DNA of 63,269 bases, counting the filler, from Rhabdomonas costata (taxonomy: Eukaryota): the NCBI GenBank assembly GCA_019059605.1. It is 52 parts of 52 records of this genome, joined end to end, with 100 filler letters (N's around TTAATTAATTAA, not from the genome) between each part and the next. Parts side by side here need not be neighbours in the genome. Positions count along the whole stretch, not along the records: positions 49,980 to 51,098 come from JAHMHO010027683.1; positions 51,199 to 52,310 come from JAHMHO010027684.1; positions 52,411 to 53,529 come from JAHMHO010027685.1; positions 53,630 to 54,743 come from JAHMHO010027686.1; positions 54,844 to 55,961 come from JAHMHO010027687.1; positions 56,062 to 57,179 come from JAHMHO010027688.1; positions 57,280 to 58,397 come from JAHMHO010027689.1; positions 58,498 to 59,615 come from JAHMHO010027690.1; 44 more parts are not named here. One strand, given 5' to 3'. The translations under genes were made by a program, and so were the position numbers. The notes under the pieces were generated by a model. That model was not told where the DNA came from. It saw only the letters and a list, made by a program, of their open reading frames with translations, and searched no databases. Below are positions 50,275 to 62,446 of the stretch, one piece after another (the first letter of the stretch is position 1; the number at the start of each line of letters is the position of its first letter).

Positions 50275-51057
50275 CTGAAGGAAAGACCCGCAGTATATAA
50301 AAGATGAGCAACGCGACCCCCCGCAAACTAGACAACGTTCTTAGCAGAAGCATACCTTTCATCAAACCCACGCATCAACTCACAACCAAACAGAATGAAC
50401 GAAATCTTGCTCCTGGCCACTGTCTCAAAATCTCAGTGTGGGGCCGATATATGGGGCCCACCTCCCAGTCGGTGATCACCCATCACAAATTCCTTTGGCA
50501 GCCAAGACAAATACCGAAAATGTTCCATTAGTAGCCCAGGCTACTATCTTTTTGGGGGTGAGTTCGGGCTACTTTTCAGGCACGTTCTGCTACAGGTCGA
50601 GAAACCATTTCTCCCTCTCATCCGCTACACAGGTGAGGGTGCTGGTCCCTCACTCTCCTGGGTTTCAGGCCCTCGGCTTGCTAAAAACCACCACAGCATC
50701 TCACGTCATCCAATCAGCAGGGCTGACGGTGACCACGACACCCAGAACTTTTATCTCGAGGGCACGTTGTCTTGAAACAGAAGGAAGTAAATAGCTGCAC
50801 GTACGAAAAAACAATAGCCCAAGCTACTATTTTTTGGGTTGCGTGAGAGCCCGGGCTACTATTCGAGCACTTCTACTACACGAACATTTACCGTATTCAT
50901 GGATGCACAATCATCAGCGCTCGCACGCTCCGTGAAGTTACACAAGACGCACGCACTCCAAGGTCCACTCCAAGGCCACACCCGCAGACGGTCCAAAGTG
51001 CCTTGTCACTCTTCCCCTGGCCCGATACCAAATTGCATTGCCTCCATCTCTTGTATG

Positions 51058-51098
51058 AACAACAGCAACAACAACAACAACAACAACAACACCACAAC
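51058..51098. repeat. (CAA)n microsatellite at contig end
   Basis: Read directly. Confidence 0.9.
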
Positions 51099-51287
51099 NN
51101 NNNNNNNNNNNNNNNNNNNNNNNNNNNNNNNNNNNNNNNNNNTTAATTAATTAANNNNNNNNNNNNNNNNNNNNNNNNNNNNNNNNNNNNNNNNNNNNTG
51201 TATTGGAAGTGTTTGGTTGGGGTGGGGCGAGGCACACTTCAAAGTGTGCAGGCTGGAGGCCTGCGGGCGCGCGGGGGAGGACCTACC

Positions 51288-51895
51288 AGTAGACTTCTCG
51301 TATCCACACCAGAAGTGGCACTAGACTCCAGGAAGGAAATCATCCAGACATACAGAAGCATAGATAGCAATGGATGAAGTTGTGTCAGTTCGCGTGGAGT
51401 AAGCGGAACCTCAAGAACCTCGGTCTGAGAGCTGGAGCACTCACCAGAGCCGTTCTTCAGCATTGTTTCCTCGAATTTCTCTTGTGGTTTGCAGAACTTA
51501 AGCATTGTATGGTAAACTTTGGGCACGGCAGTGCTTAGCATTTGTGCCAGTTCTCCTTCAGGCCAGGCATCTATCCACGCAACTTGTGAACCGATGAAAA
51601 CCCATAAAATGCAAACAACACATGAGTGCCCCTTGAATTGGCCCACCTGGTCTACCAGCGCCTGTGAGGCGAAGGTCGCCACCAAGGCCAGCCACTGTGG
51701 ATCCGGAAGCGGGGTGGCCACCGACGCCTCGGGCAACCCGAGGCGCAGGCGGAGCACCCCAGGCCTGGGGCAGACCCCGGTCACCAAGGTCAGCAGCTCC
51801 GGGCTGGGAGCCAGCCGGTTCAGCTGGCAATGCCGCAGAAGGGCCTCCATTAGACCTCTGCAAGGCCCCATAGGCTCTGCAGTACCGCTGTACAT
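51288..51895 (-). CDS. Hypothetical protein; exon structure uncertain
   Basis: 218-codon open frame whose 5' half is GC3-rich, with a candidate donor at CAG|GTGGGC near 51646. No family recognised. Confidence 0.4.
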
Positions 51896-52439
51896 CTCGA
51901 AAAAAAGAAGAAGGGTTGGGCGGTGATGCTGAAATGACAGGAACGCGCGGGACCACGAGGGAGGTCCGGCAGAAAAAAGAAAGGAAAAGGAAAAGGGGGC
52001 ACAGGAAATCGCACGCTAAACAAGACAATTCAAGCGATGAGAAGGACGAAATATTTCTTTTTACCCCGACTAAACTTGGGGTACGGGAGGGAATTCAGAG
52101 GCAACAAACAAAGTAGACATACTCTACCAGAAAACCGGAGAGATGCTCTTCTAAGACACGGTTCTGGGATTCACTCCACCACAGCTCACTACTGAGCCAC
52201 AGTTAAAACACAGGACTTTAATGAGACTTCACAACAACAGCACTTTGCACCAGCACAACAACAGCTTATTTCATATGCAAGTGCTTCCCTCTCTGCTCTG
52301 CCCTCGAAACNNNNNNNNNNNNNNNNNNNNNNNNNNNNNNNNNNNNNNNNNNNNTTAATTAATTAANNNNNNNNNNNNNNNNNNNNNNNNNNNNNNNNNN
52401 NNNNNNNNNNCATCAGAACCTTAGAGAGAGTGTGTGTTC

Positions 52440-52515
52440 TGTTGTGGTGTGTTGTGTTGTGTTGTGTTGTGTTGTGTTGTGTTGTGTTGTGTGTTGTGTT
52501 GTGTTGCGTTGTGTT
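52440..52515. repeat. (GTGTT)n pentanucleotide microsatellite next to a splice acceptor
   Basis: Read directly. Confidence 0.92.
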
Positions 52516-52519
52516 GAAG

Positions 52520-53029
52520 AGGGAGACGGACATGAAGCTGTACTCAACCTTGGCCTCGATGGATACCGAGTTCTTTGATACTCATTCGGAGAAAGAGGTG
52601 AAGATTTTTTTGGGGGGGGGGCGAAGGGGGTTGAAACGGGTTTCACTTGAGAGTGAAGTGCCCCCCTTCGTCTGTTTGCGGTTTTTTCAGCTTCCACGGG
52701 ACTGTCCAAAAAAAAGGAGAACAAGCAGGTCCTCACCGCAACAAAGCAAGCGAGAGACGGTACATGACGGCCACTTCATGTGCTTTTGCCTGTGTGAGGG
52801 ATTGCACTGGGGTGGTCCGTGATCAGATCAATCACATTGCCAGCCTGACCAGTGAGATGCTGGCCGCGGATCTGCGCCTGCACCACACCGTGGCCCGTCT
52901 CCTTCGCGCAGCAAGCAGGCTGCAAACTGTGTTGCGGGCCAGCCCACGGCTGGCGGTTGGGCTGACTGCGCTGTGGGGGCTGTATTCTGCTACTAACTGT
53001 GCGGTAACATACTGCACCGACATCTGCAG
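52520..53029 (+). CDS. ABC transporter transmembrane-domain (ABCB-like) protein, partial; exons 52520-52597 and 52827-53029
   Basis: KLYSTLASMDTEFFDTH resembles the ABCB coupling helix (LF..LL.QD..FFD). Second exon has SPRLAVGL plus a hydrophobic segment. Phase-0 GT-AG intron. Confidence 0.55.
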
Positions 53030-53771
53030 GTTTTATCCTCCCCTCGCCCCCTTCCGTTAGGTGGTAGGTTCCTCTGCAGAAAGAGATGAGTTACCAATTT
53101 GGTTGTGCTTCCCTTTTTTCAGGAGCAGTATTGTGATACCCATTGACGCAACTGACCTTTCATAGCTTGTTTTCTCTTAGACCTAACCGCCGGAACTTTT
53201 TTCATTGTGATGAAATCATTTTCGTTGTTTCCTCTTCCATTCTTCCATGCGTAAGTGGCCATTCGCCATTTGTCATGTTCATTCTGATTCTTTCTGCGGC
53301 TGCTTTGTGTCTCCAATGGGATGTGATGCGGCCTTTTGGAAGATTTTTTATGTATGATTGTGGTCGGAGGGTTATTTTTTTGCACCGCATCGCGAGCTTA
53401 TATCTTCACGCGCTGAGCTCTTATTATGGATTTTTGAACTGCTGGAAAAAAATAGCGTTCACAGTTTGTTTTCCTGTGTATGTTTCTCCGCGTTTTTCAA
53501 AAAACAAAAACAAAGTGAACCCCCACCCCNNNNNNNNNNNNNNNNNNNNNNNNNNNNNNNNNNNNNNNNNNNNTTAATTAATTAANNNNNNNNNNNNNNN
53601 NNNNNNNNNNNNNNNNNNNNNNNNNNNNNGTTGTTGGTTCTGTGTGCAAGAGAGAGAGAGAGAGAGAGTTCTGTGTGTGTGGACAGCAACAAGTATATAT
53701 TTTGCGGGAACCGTCAGTATTGGTTCAGATGCACCTTCTATTTGCTGCGGATCATGGGCCGCCCACTTTAG

Positions 53772-54743
53772 GGAGGAATGCGTGGTGACGACCTGGGATG
53801 TGTTCTATGAGAAGTTTGGGTTCATGCTGATCTTTTGGAACCTGGCGGGCGTGCCGTTTGTGTACTGCCACTCCAGCTACTATCTGCTCCGGGCGGGCCC
53901 CATCACGCACTCCCTGCCCTACACGGTGTGATTTCTGGAGCGGGAGGGCTTTGAAGTCCGGCGTTGGTTCCGTTTTTTCCATCGCTGTCAGCTATCAGCT
54001 CACATTCGCAAGCTGAGCCTTCCTGTATATCTATCTGCTGTACCCCACACACATTACATATATGGGACTGGGATGAAGCGCGCACTGTGTCATGTACATA
54101 TGTTCTCACTCGTGCTGCAGGTGTTTTGGTTCACGCTTCTTCTGAGCGCGTACTATGTGTGGGATACAGCCAACAGCCAGAAGAACCGCTTCCGAATGCA
54201 GGTATCTTGCTTCTCTCCTCAGCACTACTTTCAGAGCGTATTTACAGTTTTTTCACGAAGTTCTGGAAAGTGTTCTTTCACTTTCTGATTCCAAATTTGG
54301 TTTTATCAATCCTTTTGGATTCACCAGCGCAGAACATCGCTGAAGGCTTTGGTTGAGGCGGTACATTCCGTTCCAATGACCGGCAGTCTTTAATTCATAT
54401 GATAATTGGCTTTTTCGCTTCGAGTTCCTTTGACATACGAACGCGGTGGCTTTAATCATCACAACTTTTCCTTTGTTATCTTCTTTGACTTAGGGACAGT
54501 GGTAGGAATATTTATTGTGCTGATATCGTATTGCTGAACATTATCGTATTTCCAGCAGTTTCCTACGCAGCCGAGGTTTTCCTGTAGAAGGATGGACGTT
54601 TTTCCACCATTTGCACCGCGGTGCCCCCTTTTCTCACTTTCACTGTCCCTCACTCGCAGCGACGTGGGACGTACGTGCCGCGGCGAGCCTTTCCCCAGCT
54701 GCCGTGGGGCACCCTCAGCAACCCCTCGTACATCACCACCCCC
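53772..54743 (+). CDS. ERG4: Delta24(24(1))-sterol reductase, partial; exons 53772-53925, 54121-54201 and 54660-54743
   Basis: [28 protein letters not shown]...[33 protein letters not shown] with two in-frame GT-AG introns. Confidence 0.94.
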
Positions 54744-54964
54744 NNNNNNNNNNNNNNNNNNNNNNNNNNNNNNNNNNNNNNNNNNNNTTAATTAATTAAN
54801 NNNNNNNNNNNNNNNNNNNNNNNNNNNNNNNNNNNNNNNNNNNTTTGTTGGTGTGTGGTTAAAAACTCTCTGTTCAAAGTGTAGCGTGCTGTATTAGTCC
54901 AGCAGTTAACCAGGTCGTTTGTACAAACGGCGCGTTCTCTCTGTCTGTTTTGTCCCTATCACAG

Positions 54965-55492
54965 GAAATGGGCAACACAGCGTTCAAGCGGGGCCACTTC
55001 GAGATGGCGGTGCGGCACTACACCACCTCCCTGGAGTACTCCCCGCACTCTTCCGTGGTGTTCAGCAACCGCGCCCAGGTAACGCCCACACAAAGAGAAA
55101 GCGCCTGCCTCCTCAGTGTCGCCGGGGTGGCACGATGTAGCGCGCATGTCAAAATTAGCCGCCCCCCGCCCCCGAACATCGCAACGCATCGGTTAAACGT
55201 TTCTGAAATTAGCCGATGCTCAAAAAGGTGTCTTTTTCTTGGCAACTTGATAGTTCACATTTCTGCAGACACCGCCACTTCCGTTTCTACACGCAGCCCT
55301 CGGGAGAACCTGAGAAGAATATTCTGATTCTTCTTTGGTTGGCCCCATGTGCGCTCGCCGTAGGCTCACCTTAAGCTTGGGAATTGGGTGGAGGCGAGCA
55401 AGGACTGCACCACGGCCATCAAGTTGAGCTCCGGCAAGGACGCCGAGAAGTGCACCGCGGAGTCCGCCAAAACCTTCTACCGGAGAGCCCAG
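54965..55492 (+). CDS. TPR carboxylate-clamp (Hsp70/Hsp90 co-chaperone-type) protein, partial; exons 54965-55078 and 55364-55492
   Basis: EMGNTAFKRG...YT.SL...FSNRAQ-AHLKLG.W.EA.KDCT.AI...KTFYRRAQ. Confidence 0.9.
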
Positions 55493-56499
55493 GCATGCCC
55501 TCGCAACTACTGAGCTACCCTTTCCCTTAAAGCCCTGGACAATGCCAAATTGGGCTCAGCTGTCATACAACTCGAGGACTAAAAAACGGGCCATTGGAAA
55601 GGACGTGGAAACTCGGACTCGGACTCCTTCACTTCGTTCAAGTTGACCCTCTCCAGATCAGTTTTTAAGAGCCTCTTCGACTTTTCGAGTTTTCGTTACC
55701 TGCGTTGCGGTCGGGGCTGCTTTCCTAATGGTAGAGCCCATGATTACTACATATTGGGACTGGGATGCGGCGAAATACATCTTTTTGTAGCTGCCCTTCC
55801 TGGAGATATCCCAGATGGCTTGCTCATAAATAGAAACGGCCTGTTCCCTGCTTGCTGTTTGTTGCTATCCCAGTATCCAAAGGTTGACTTCGCTTGACGC
55901 ACACCGATTCGGAATTTGCATAGGGAAGACAACCTTTGGATACTGGGATAGCAACAAACACNNNNNNNNNNNNNNNNNNNNNNNNNNNNNNNNNNNNNNN
56001 NNNNNTTAATTAATTAANNNNNNNNNNNNNNNNNNNNNNNNNNNNNNNNNNNNNNNNNNNNGGGTGTGTGGGATGCTGCAAGAACGCTACAGCGGCAGCA
56101 GGATTCCGACACCCCTCCTGGGCCGCTGTAGCGTTCTTGCAGCATCCCACGCATCCGAATTTGCCCTGCCGTCCAAAGAAGCTGCGGTTGGTGGATCCGA
56201 GCGCGGGTGCTGGTGGGGCAATCAGAAGCATCGAGCTCACGGAACCTTCACGTACGTTAAGGAGAAGTGTGCAAAGGTCACACACGGATTCTGTGCGTGC
56301 GGTGAAACTTTTCGACACCGGAAGGGCTTTGGTGATTGCATTGCGAACTTGTAGACGTCTTTGCGGAGAACTGATGTGGCAAGATAGACGCACACCACCA
56401 CTTGTGCGGTGGTGTGTTTTCAAACCCAATTGCAGGCCCTGTTCTTTGGCTTTTCACCGCAGTTCTGGTGGGTCACCAGCATGTGCAGATTGTAAATTC

Positions 56500-57179
56500 G
56501 AGAAGAATCCTTTGCAAGGGTATGATTTCGTGCACTTCGATGACTTCGAGAGTTACAAGGAACCATTTGGGGAGAAGGATGAAGAAATGTTTGCGCACTG
56601 TGAAAGGGGTTACCAGAGCGATGCTGTACCCTATGTACAACGTGACCTACAAGTTTGACGCGATGCTCTTTTGAGATTTGTGACTTGGAAGGGCAGAGCA
56701 GACGTTCTCCAACTGTAATCCCCGCCTTCTTCTTTGTGTGGTGGTTGCAGCCCCACTGATACTGGCCAAGTCTCATTGACGATGTTGGTGTTTAAAGCTT
56801 TACTGTTGCATAAACCTTTGGGAAAGTACAACATCTGGTGCTTGCACATATTCTACGAACCCTTTTTAGGCGAACGCTTCGACCCAAATGCAAAGCGTAA
56901 GGCAGATGCTGTTGTTGATTCCGCTCACTTCAAAACCTGCTGTTGTACAATTCGATTTACCGATACCTCGCTAATAACAACGTCTTTGAGCCCGTCAGCA
57001 TGACGTTGGAGGAGGTTGTGAAGGAAGCGAAAGAATTTAATGAGCGAGGTGAATTCACCAACGGAACCGGAATTGTATACAATCACGGCATCTGGAAGCC
57101 CACAAAGGGCAAGTTCCGGTTCATCGCTGGCCAAATGTCCCCGAGACGCTGCCAGCAAGCCAGCTGGCCCACCCCCCAC
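56500..57179 (+). mobile_element. Frameshifted intronless ORF remnant, possibly the N-terminal part of a Penelope-like reverse transcriptase
   Basis: YNHGIWKPTKGKFRFIAG resembles the RT motif 1-2 pattern Y..PK.HK...RFI. The coding-like sequence changes frame several times. Confidence 0.35.
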
Positions 57180-58497
57180 NNNNNNNNNNNNNNNNNNNNN
57201 NNNNNNNNNNNNNNNNNNNNNNNTTAATTAATTAANNNNNNNNNNNNNNNNNNNNNNNNNNNNNNNNNNNNNNNNNNNNGGTTGTGGGTGCGTGTGTGTG
57301 GCCAATCGGAGTGTGGCCAATCGGAGCACACCACGACGGGACCAGCAGGTGCTGTCTTCCGCTCTAATGGTCAGACAGTGTGGTGTTACGAAATACTTCG
57401 GGTACACTAGGGCATGTCTCATGTCTCATGTCTCACACTCAACGACGACTAGTCGGCTTTACTGCAAGCCGAGTTCTTCCAAGGCAAGCTACAGGAGGCC
57501 GGGAAGGCCCAGTGCCATAACAACTGGCGAGCTGGCTGACCAAGAGCCTTGCAATCAAGGGAAAACAATCATGGAGGAGGATGAGGGGCGCACGGTTACG
57601 GTTACGTAAAGCAGAGCTCACATGTGCACATCATGCGCACTCAGTACTTAGGCTTGAGGCTTGAGCGCTTCAGAAAACTCCGCGGTCATCAAGCCCAAGT
57701 TGCCATTATCCTCCATAACAACTTGGGAGGAGCGCAAAACGGCTACAAACAAAAGGCATAGGGCCACTCCTGTTGTTAATTGGAAGAAAAGAGCGGGGGG
57801 AAGGAGATGCTCATGCGCAGAGTGAGAAGGACAATATCCCTCGTGCATTCAGATCATCGCAGATAACCAATCGAACCAATCGAAATGACCCATAAGATGT
57901 CAAGTGCCGTGTTTCCAATTCAAAAGCATTTTTATCGGAGAAGGCCGCCCGTCTCTAAATGGGCGGTAGGCAGTTTCTTGTTCAAAGACTCAGCAACCAA
58001 ATTTCTACGAGAAGTCTTTGAACAGGGAAGAGCATAGCAACGCCTCCATTCCGAGCCCCACACACCATCCCCCTACCATGACCGATGCTCGAAATCCTTG
58101 GGAAAGGCAATGCATAGAACGCAAAACTTGGGACGCCTGCAAGTTGGGAAGGAGAGAAAGTGACCGGTAGACAAGTGAAGTGACCGAGCGGCAAAAAAAA
58201 AAGAGGCGAACATAAACATGACACCACTGAAGAAAGGTACAAGAGAGACAAACCCGATGCGGATCGGGTGAAGAGGTTTGTTTGTGCTGAAAGAAAGTAT
58301 ACGAAAAGGCTGAAGTGTGCGTTCCTAATGCAAAAAACACCTCTCTCCCCAACGAAGCGGTACCACAAACGCAAGGTGCCGCCCGCCAAAAGAACACNNN
58401 NNNNNNNNNNNNNNNNNNNNNNNNNNNNNNNNNNNNNNNNNTTAATTAATTAANNNNNNNNNNNNNNNNNNNNNNNNNNNNNNNNNNNNNNNNNNNN

Positions 58498-58725
58498 GAT
58501 CTCCACCTTCGACACAATCAGCGCCATCACGCTGTGCGCCGCCTCCTGCATGTCCACCTCCGCGATGTCCCGCAGGCTCTGCTGGCTCTGCACGTAGGTC
58601 AGGTAGAACCCCAGGAACCCCGCGATGACCATCAGGGCAATGAAGGAGACCGTCAGCAGGACCTTCACGGAGAGCAAATTGGTAGCGATGGTGCTGCACA
58701 TGGCGGACGCTTTCGGAAGGGCCAT
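58498..58725 (-). CDS. N-terminus of a membrane receptor-like protein with one TM helix (receptor cyclase or sensor type)
   Basis: MALPK...LSVKVLLTVSFIALMVIAGFLGFYLTYVQSQQSLRDIA with strongly GC3-biased codons. Confidence 0.65.
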
Positions 58726-59911
58726 GCGGGTACAACTTACGAGTTGGGGGTTCAGTAAAAGCACACAGGAAAGGAGCAAGAGAAAGTAGTAAATGCGGTG
58801 CAATTGAATACGACCGGTGCTGTGCACTCACAAATGTCGGCAACCAGTGAAGAAGGAAACGCCAAAAAACAAAACTGCACCGGGGGCCATTACTACAGTT
58901 TTCACGGTGAAATTTCTTGAACCCAGTACCTCAAATCTCCATTTTATGTTCTCTTAGGCCTTTTCTTTGATAGTTTCAAGATTACGATCCTGTACGTTGG
59001 AGTTGGCCCCCCCGACTCCGACTCAAGCATGACACTCATTCCGATAGATGCGGCTCGAGGTGGTCTCGCAAAAGGGGGGGGTGAGGCAGAGCTCCCATGT
59101 GCGGTACAATAGCCTCGAATATACATGCATGATTCTCACATCATCCGTAAAATGTGAGTCAGCCTCAGTTCCTTCCTGTTCTTAGGGTGCTGTGGTGGAC
59201 AAAACCCAATGGTAATAGTACGGCATACATTTGCAAATAAAGTTTTGCAGGTAAGGAAAGACATACGGCCGGGTGAGAGAGACGCAGTACAAGGCTATGC
59301 AAAATGCCAGGCCGAAGCAGTACAGGGCAGTTTGAATAATCCCCACCGATTCAGAGAAAAAGGAGGCCGGGCCCGTTTGCAGTTCTCTGCGTAAATTCAA
59401 AGGACACCCGCCCAGTTCTTCCACAAAGGCAGTTATTCGGCGGCATCAACCGGATTCATTCCCCTGGCTGCCTCTCGTAAGAAAAAACAACAACTAATCC
59501 ACAAAAACAATCAAATGAACATACAATTCGCTTCTGTATTGTCTTGTTTCTGACTTCCCACATAACATGGAAGCCTTGCAGGCTCCATACACAGAGTAGC
59601 AGAACCACAACAACANNNNNNNNNNNNNNNNNNNNNNNNNNNNNNNNNNNNNNNNNNNNTTAATTAATTAANNNNNNNNNNNNNNNNNNNNNNNNNNNNN
59701 NNNNNNNNNNNNNNNGGGGGTTGGTGCGGGCTGACCATCTTACCTGCGGGGGAGAAGCGGTGCTTGGTTGGGTAGAGGCTTCCTTCTCAACAAGTTTGTT
59801 GCAGTTGTAAGTTTAATTGTTTTTGCATCCCTACTCCCCCGTGCGTCCCCTTCAGGCAGTGGTGGTGAGGCGCTGCCTTTGGGAGCGCTGGTGCAAACCC
59901 TACTGGCGGAC

Positions 59912-60518
59912 TTCCTGCAGCTGCTGGCCCAGACCTTCCAGCAAACCGTGGGTGGTCTGCACACACCTGGAAAGCGCAGCAGCAAGCGCAACTAGCAGCG
60001 TGGGGGAAGCTGAGTGCAATCAAAGCACAGCGGGAAGGACGAGTTGAAAAGAGCGCGAGAGATAGACACAGTGGAGAAAGCAAAACCAATCAGTTCGTTC
60101 TTCAGGTAAACGTGGTAAGGGGTCGAATTTCTCGACTCCTGCAACAGCTATTGGTAAGCCAACAAGAAAAAGATGCGCAACAAAACGATAATTGAGGTGG
60201 ATCCGCAAGAACCAAGCTCCTTCCCATAAAATGTTCCGTGGCGGTTCTTAAACAATTACAGGCGACGCTGCTTCAAAAACACGACGGGGTAGGATGGATG
60301 GCGTTTTGCGTGCCTTAGAAAGGGTGAGGTGTACGCCGCGGCGAAGGTGAACCCCATCTTGGCCAGGCGCTGTCCCACCTCGCAGGCCTTGCGGCACCCT
60401 TGCTCCGTCAGTGGGGGGTCGAAGGGCCGGCTGAGGTCCCCATTGCCTCGCTCATGCTCTGGCACGTCGTCCAACCGCTGGCCGTGGCGAATAACAACCA
60501 CTCTCCGGGGAAGACGCC
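59912..60518 (-). CDS. Histidine phosphatase (phosphoglycerate mutase superfamily), partial; exons 60314-60518 and 59912-59966
   Basis: VIRHGQRLD...DPPLTEQG...YTSPFLR-CVQT, joined by GC-AG intron 59967-60313. Confidence 0.9.
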
Positions 60519-61573
60519 CTGCAAACGCGTCCAGCCACTGACACAAGGGGGTGGGCATTTCGCGTCATGCATAGTAAAAATTAGAAAAGCAAAAAAAAAG
60601 AAGCCAGAGCATCATGACTTATTAATGCCAACATTGTGCTCACAGCATCAAAGTAAGGAGAGGACGTGGCGGTGCTGGGTAAACACTTCCCTCACCCGCA
60701 CACTCCATTCTTTGACATAAGAAATGCGTCACCATAATATTCTCTTGGTGCATGGTTGAATCTCCTGTAGCGTAATGTCCCCTCTACCATGTACTGGCAG
60801 CAGTGTCAAGTCACAAACACAACCCAACACACCNNNNNNNNNNNNNNNNNNNNNNNNNNNNNNNNNNNNNNNNNNNNTTAATTAATTAANNNNNNNNNNN
60901 NNNNNNNNNNNNNNNNNNNNNNNNNNNNNNNNNTGGGTGCACGCAACGCAGCAGCTCTAGTTATACTGCTGGCCATTATGGACAACAGTATAACTAGAGC
61001 TGCTGCGTTGCGTGCACTCATAGCAGCCATGCCACGACACACAAAGTACTATTAATAGAACCTATAAAGTTTACTTTCATGCCACAGTTTACAGCGACTG
61101 TTTTTATGCATGAATGGATGCTGTTATTTATTATGCTTTCTAAAGTCCACTGTCGAATGTAAGTACTATCAATATTGGCAAACAACGTGGTTTCATGACA
61201 CCTGATCAATAATTTCAGTGCATCCGCTGTGAGTTAGGAAGTTTTGATAGCGCTCTTTTTAGCAATCTCTGACAATTTGGAACCAGATATATGAGGTCCA
61301 AAGTTGCAAAGTCTGTATTCTTCCTCAACGCAAATGTGCATCGAACTAGTCTTTAGTTTCGGACTCTAGCTCATCGAGCTTTTATTTTTCCTTTCTGGTA
61401 CACAACTGTATCAACGCAACAGTTCTTTTGTTTTACGGTAAGTTCGCATCCACGACGATTCCAGTTGACTGGTTGATTTACTCTAACATATTAAAGGCGC
61501 TAAAGTTATTCATTCTGAGTTACTTTTTTGCATCTAGCAAACAAACAAATGATGTTAGGTTAGGTTCAATTTG

Positions 61574-61617
61574 GTGTTAGGTGTTAGGTGTTAGGTGTTA
61601 GGTGTTAGGTGTTAGGT
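61574..61617 (+). repeat. (TTAGGTG)n tandem repeat, about 6 units
   Basis: Read directly. It lies inside an AT-rich contig. Confidence 0.9.
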
Positions 61618-62446
61618 TCGCTATCTACAATGGTGCAAAATAACATGTGGCATTTATGAATCTCTGGAAGCAGTTTAAATCTGTGCATTGTAATGGCAAA
61701 ATGATTGCATAAGTTAAGTGTTCAAACTTTTTTGTTATGCGTATATTTTATGACATTTGTTTATTCAATACAGTTGTTAAAAACAGCCGGAGCATTGCCG
61801 CCAGCCGTAAAATTATCGGTATCAATTTCTCCTCTCACTTTCGCCGCCGCCGGATCCCCAGGCGTCTTCAACATTCTCTTTGATAGCCCGTCTCATTCTT
61901 TCAATCTTTTTTGAACTGCTTGATGAAATTATTTGTCAATTTTGAGCTGGAAAGCGATCAATTCAAGCGGCGTCTCTTGAGCCAAGGCGTTGTCAACGGC
62001 AAATCAAAGGAAAAACAGATTTGATCCGGGAACCCACAAAACTGAGGCCAANNNNNNNNNNNNNNNNNNNNNNNNNNNNNNNNNNNNNNNNNNNNTTAAT
62101 TAATTAANNNNNNNNNNNNNNNNNNNNNNNNNNNNNNNNNNNNNNNNNNNNGTGGGTGAAGCCCATGTACAAGTACGCAGCAAGGGTTTTTTATTTTTGC
62201 GTTTTTGTGTCCCAAATAGTTGTGACCTCGAGTCACACATGGGGGCACATATTATTGTTGGTTAGAATTCCTCATCCTTTTGAAGCTTTGGCTGTTTGGG
62301 GAATTGTTCGGAGGCGGGGTGTACTTTTTTCCCTTGGAATTCCTCAGTTTTTGCAAAAAAAAAAAATCGGCACTCAGAGTTCCTTAGAAGTCCGCTCCTT
62401 GGCTGCGGCTATGTGCTCAACGCACTCGCTCTCTCTGTCATTGCAG

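Noticed and set aside
1120-62151. Regularly spaced TTAATTAATTAA as a CRISPR-like array, or the equal-length segments as minichromosomes or cassettes
   Set aside because: The motif sits inside N-runs and is a stop-codon linker. Equal lengths reflect size-sorted contigs, and genes are cut mid-intron or mid-exon.
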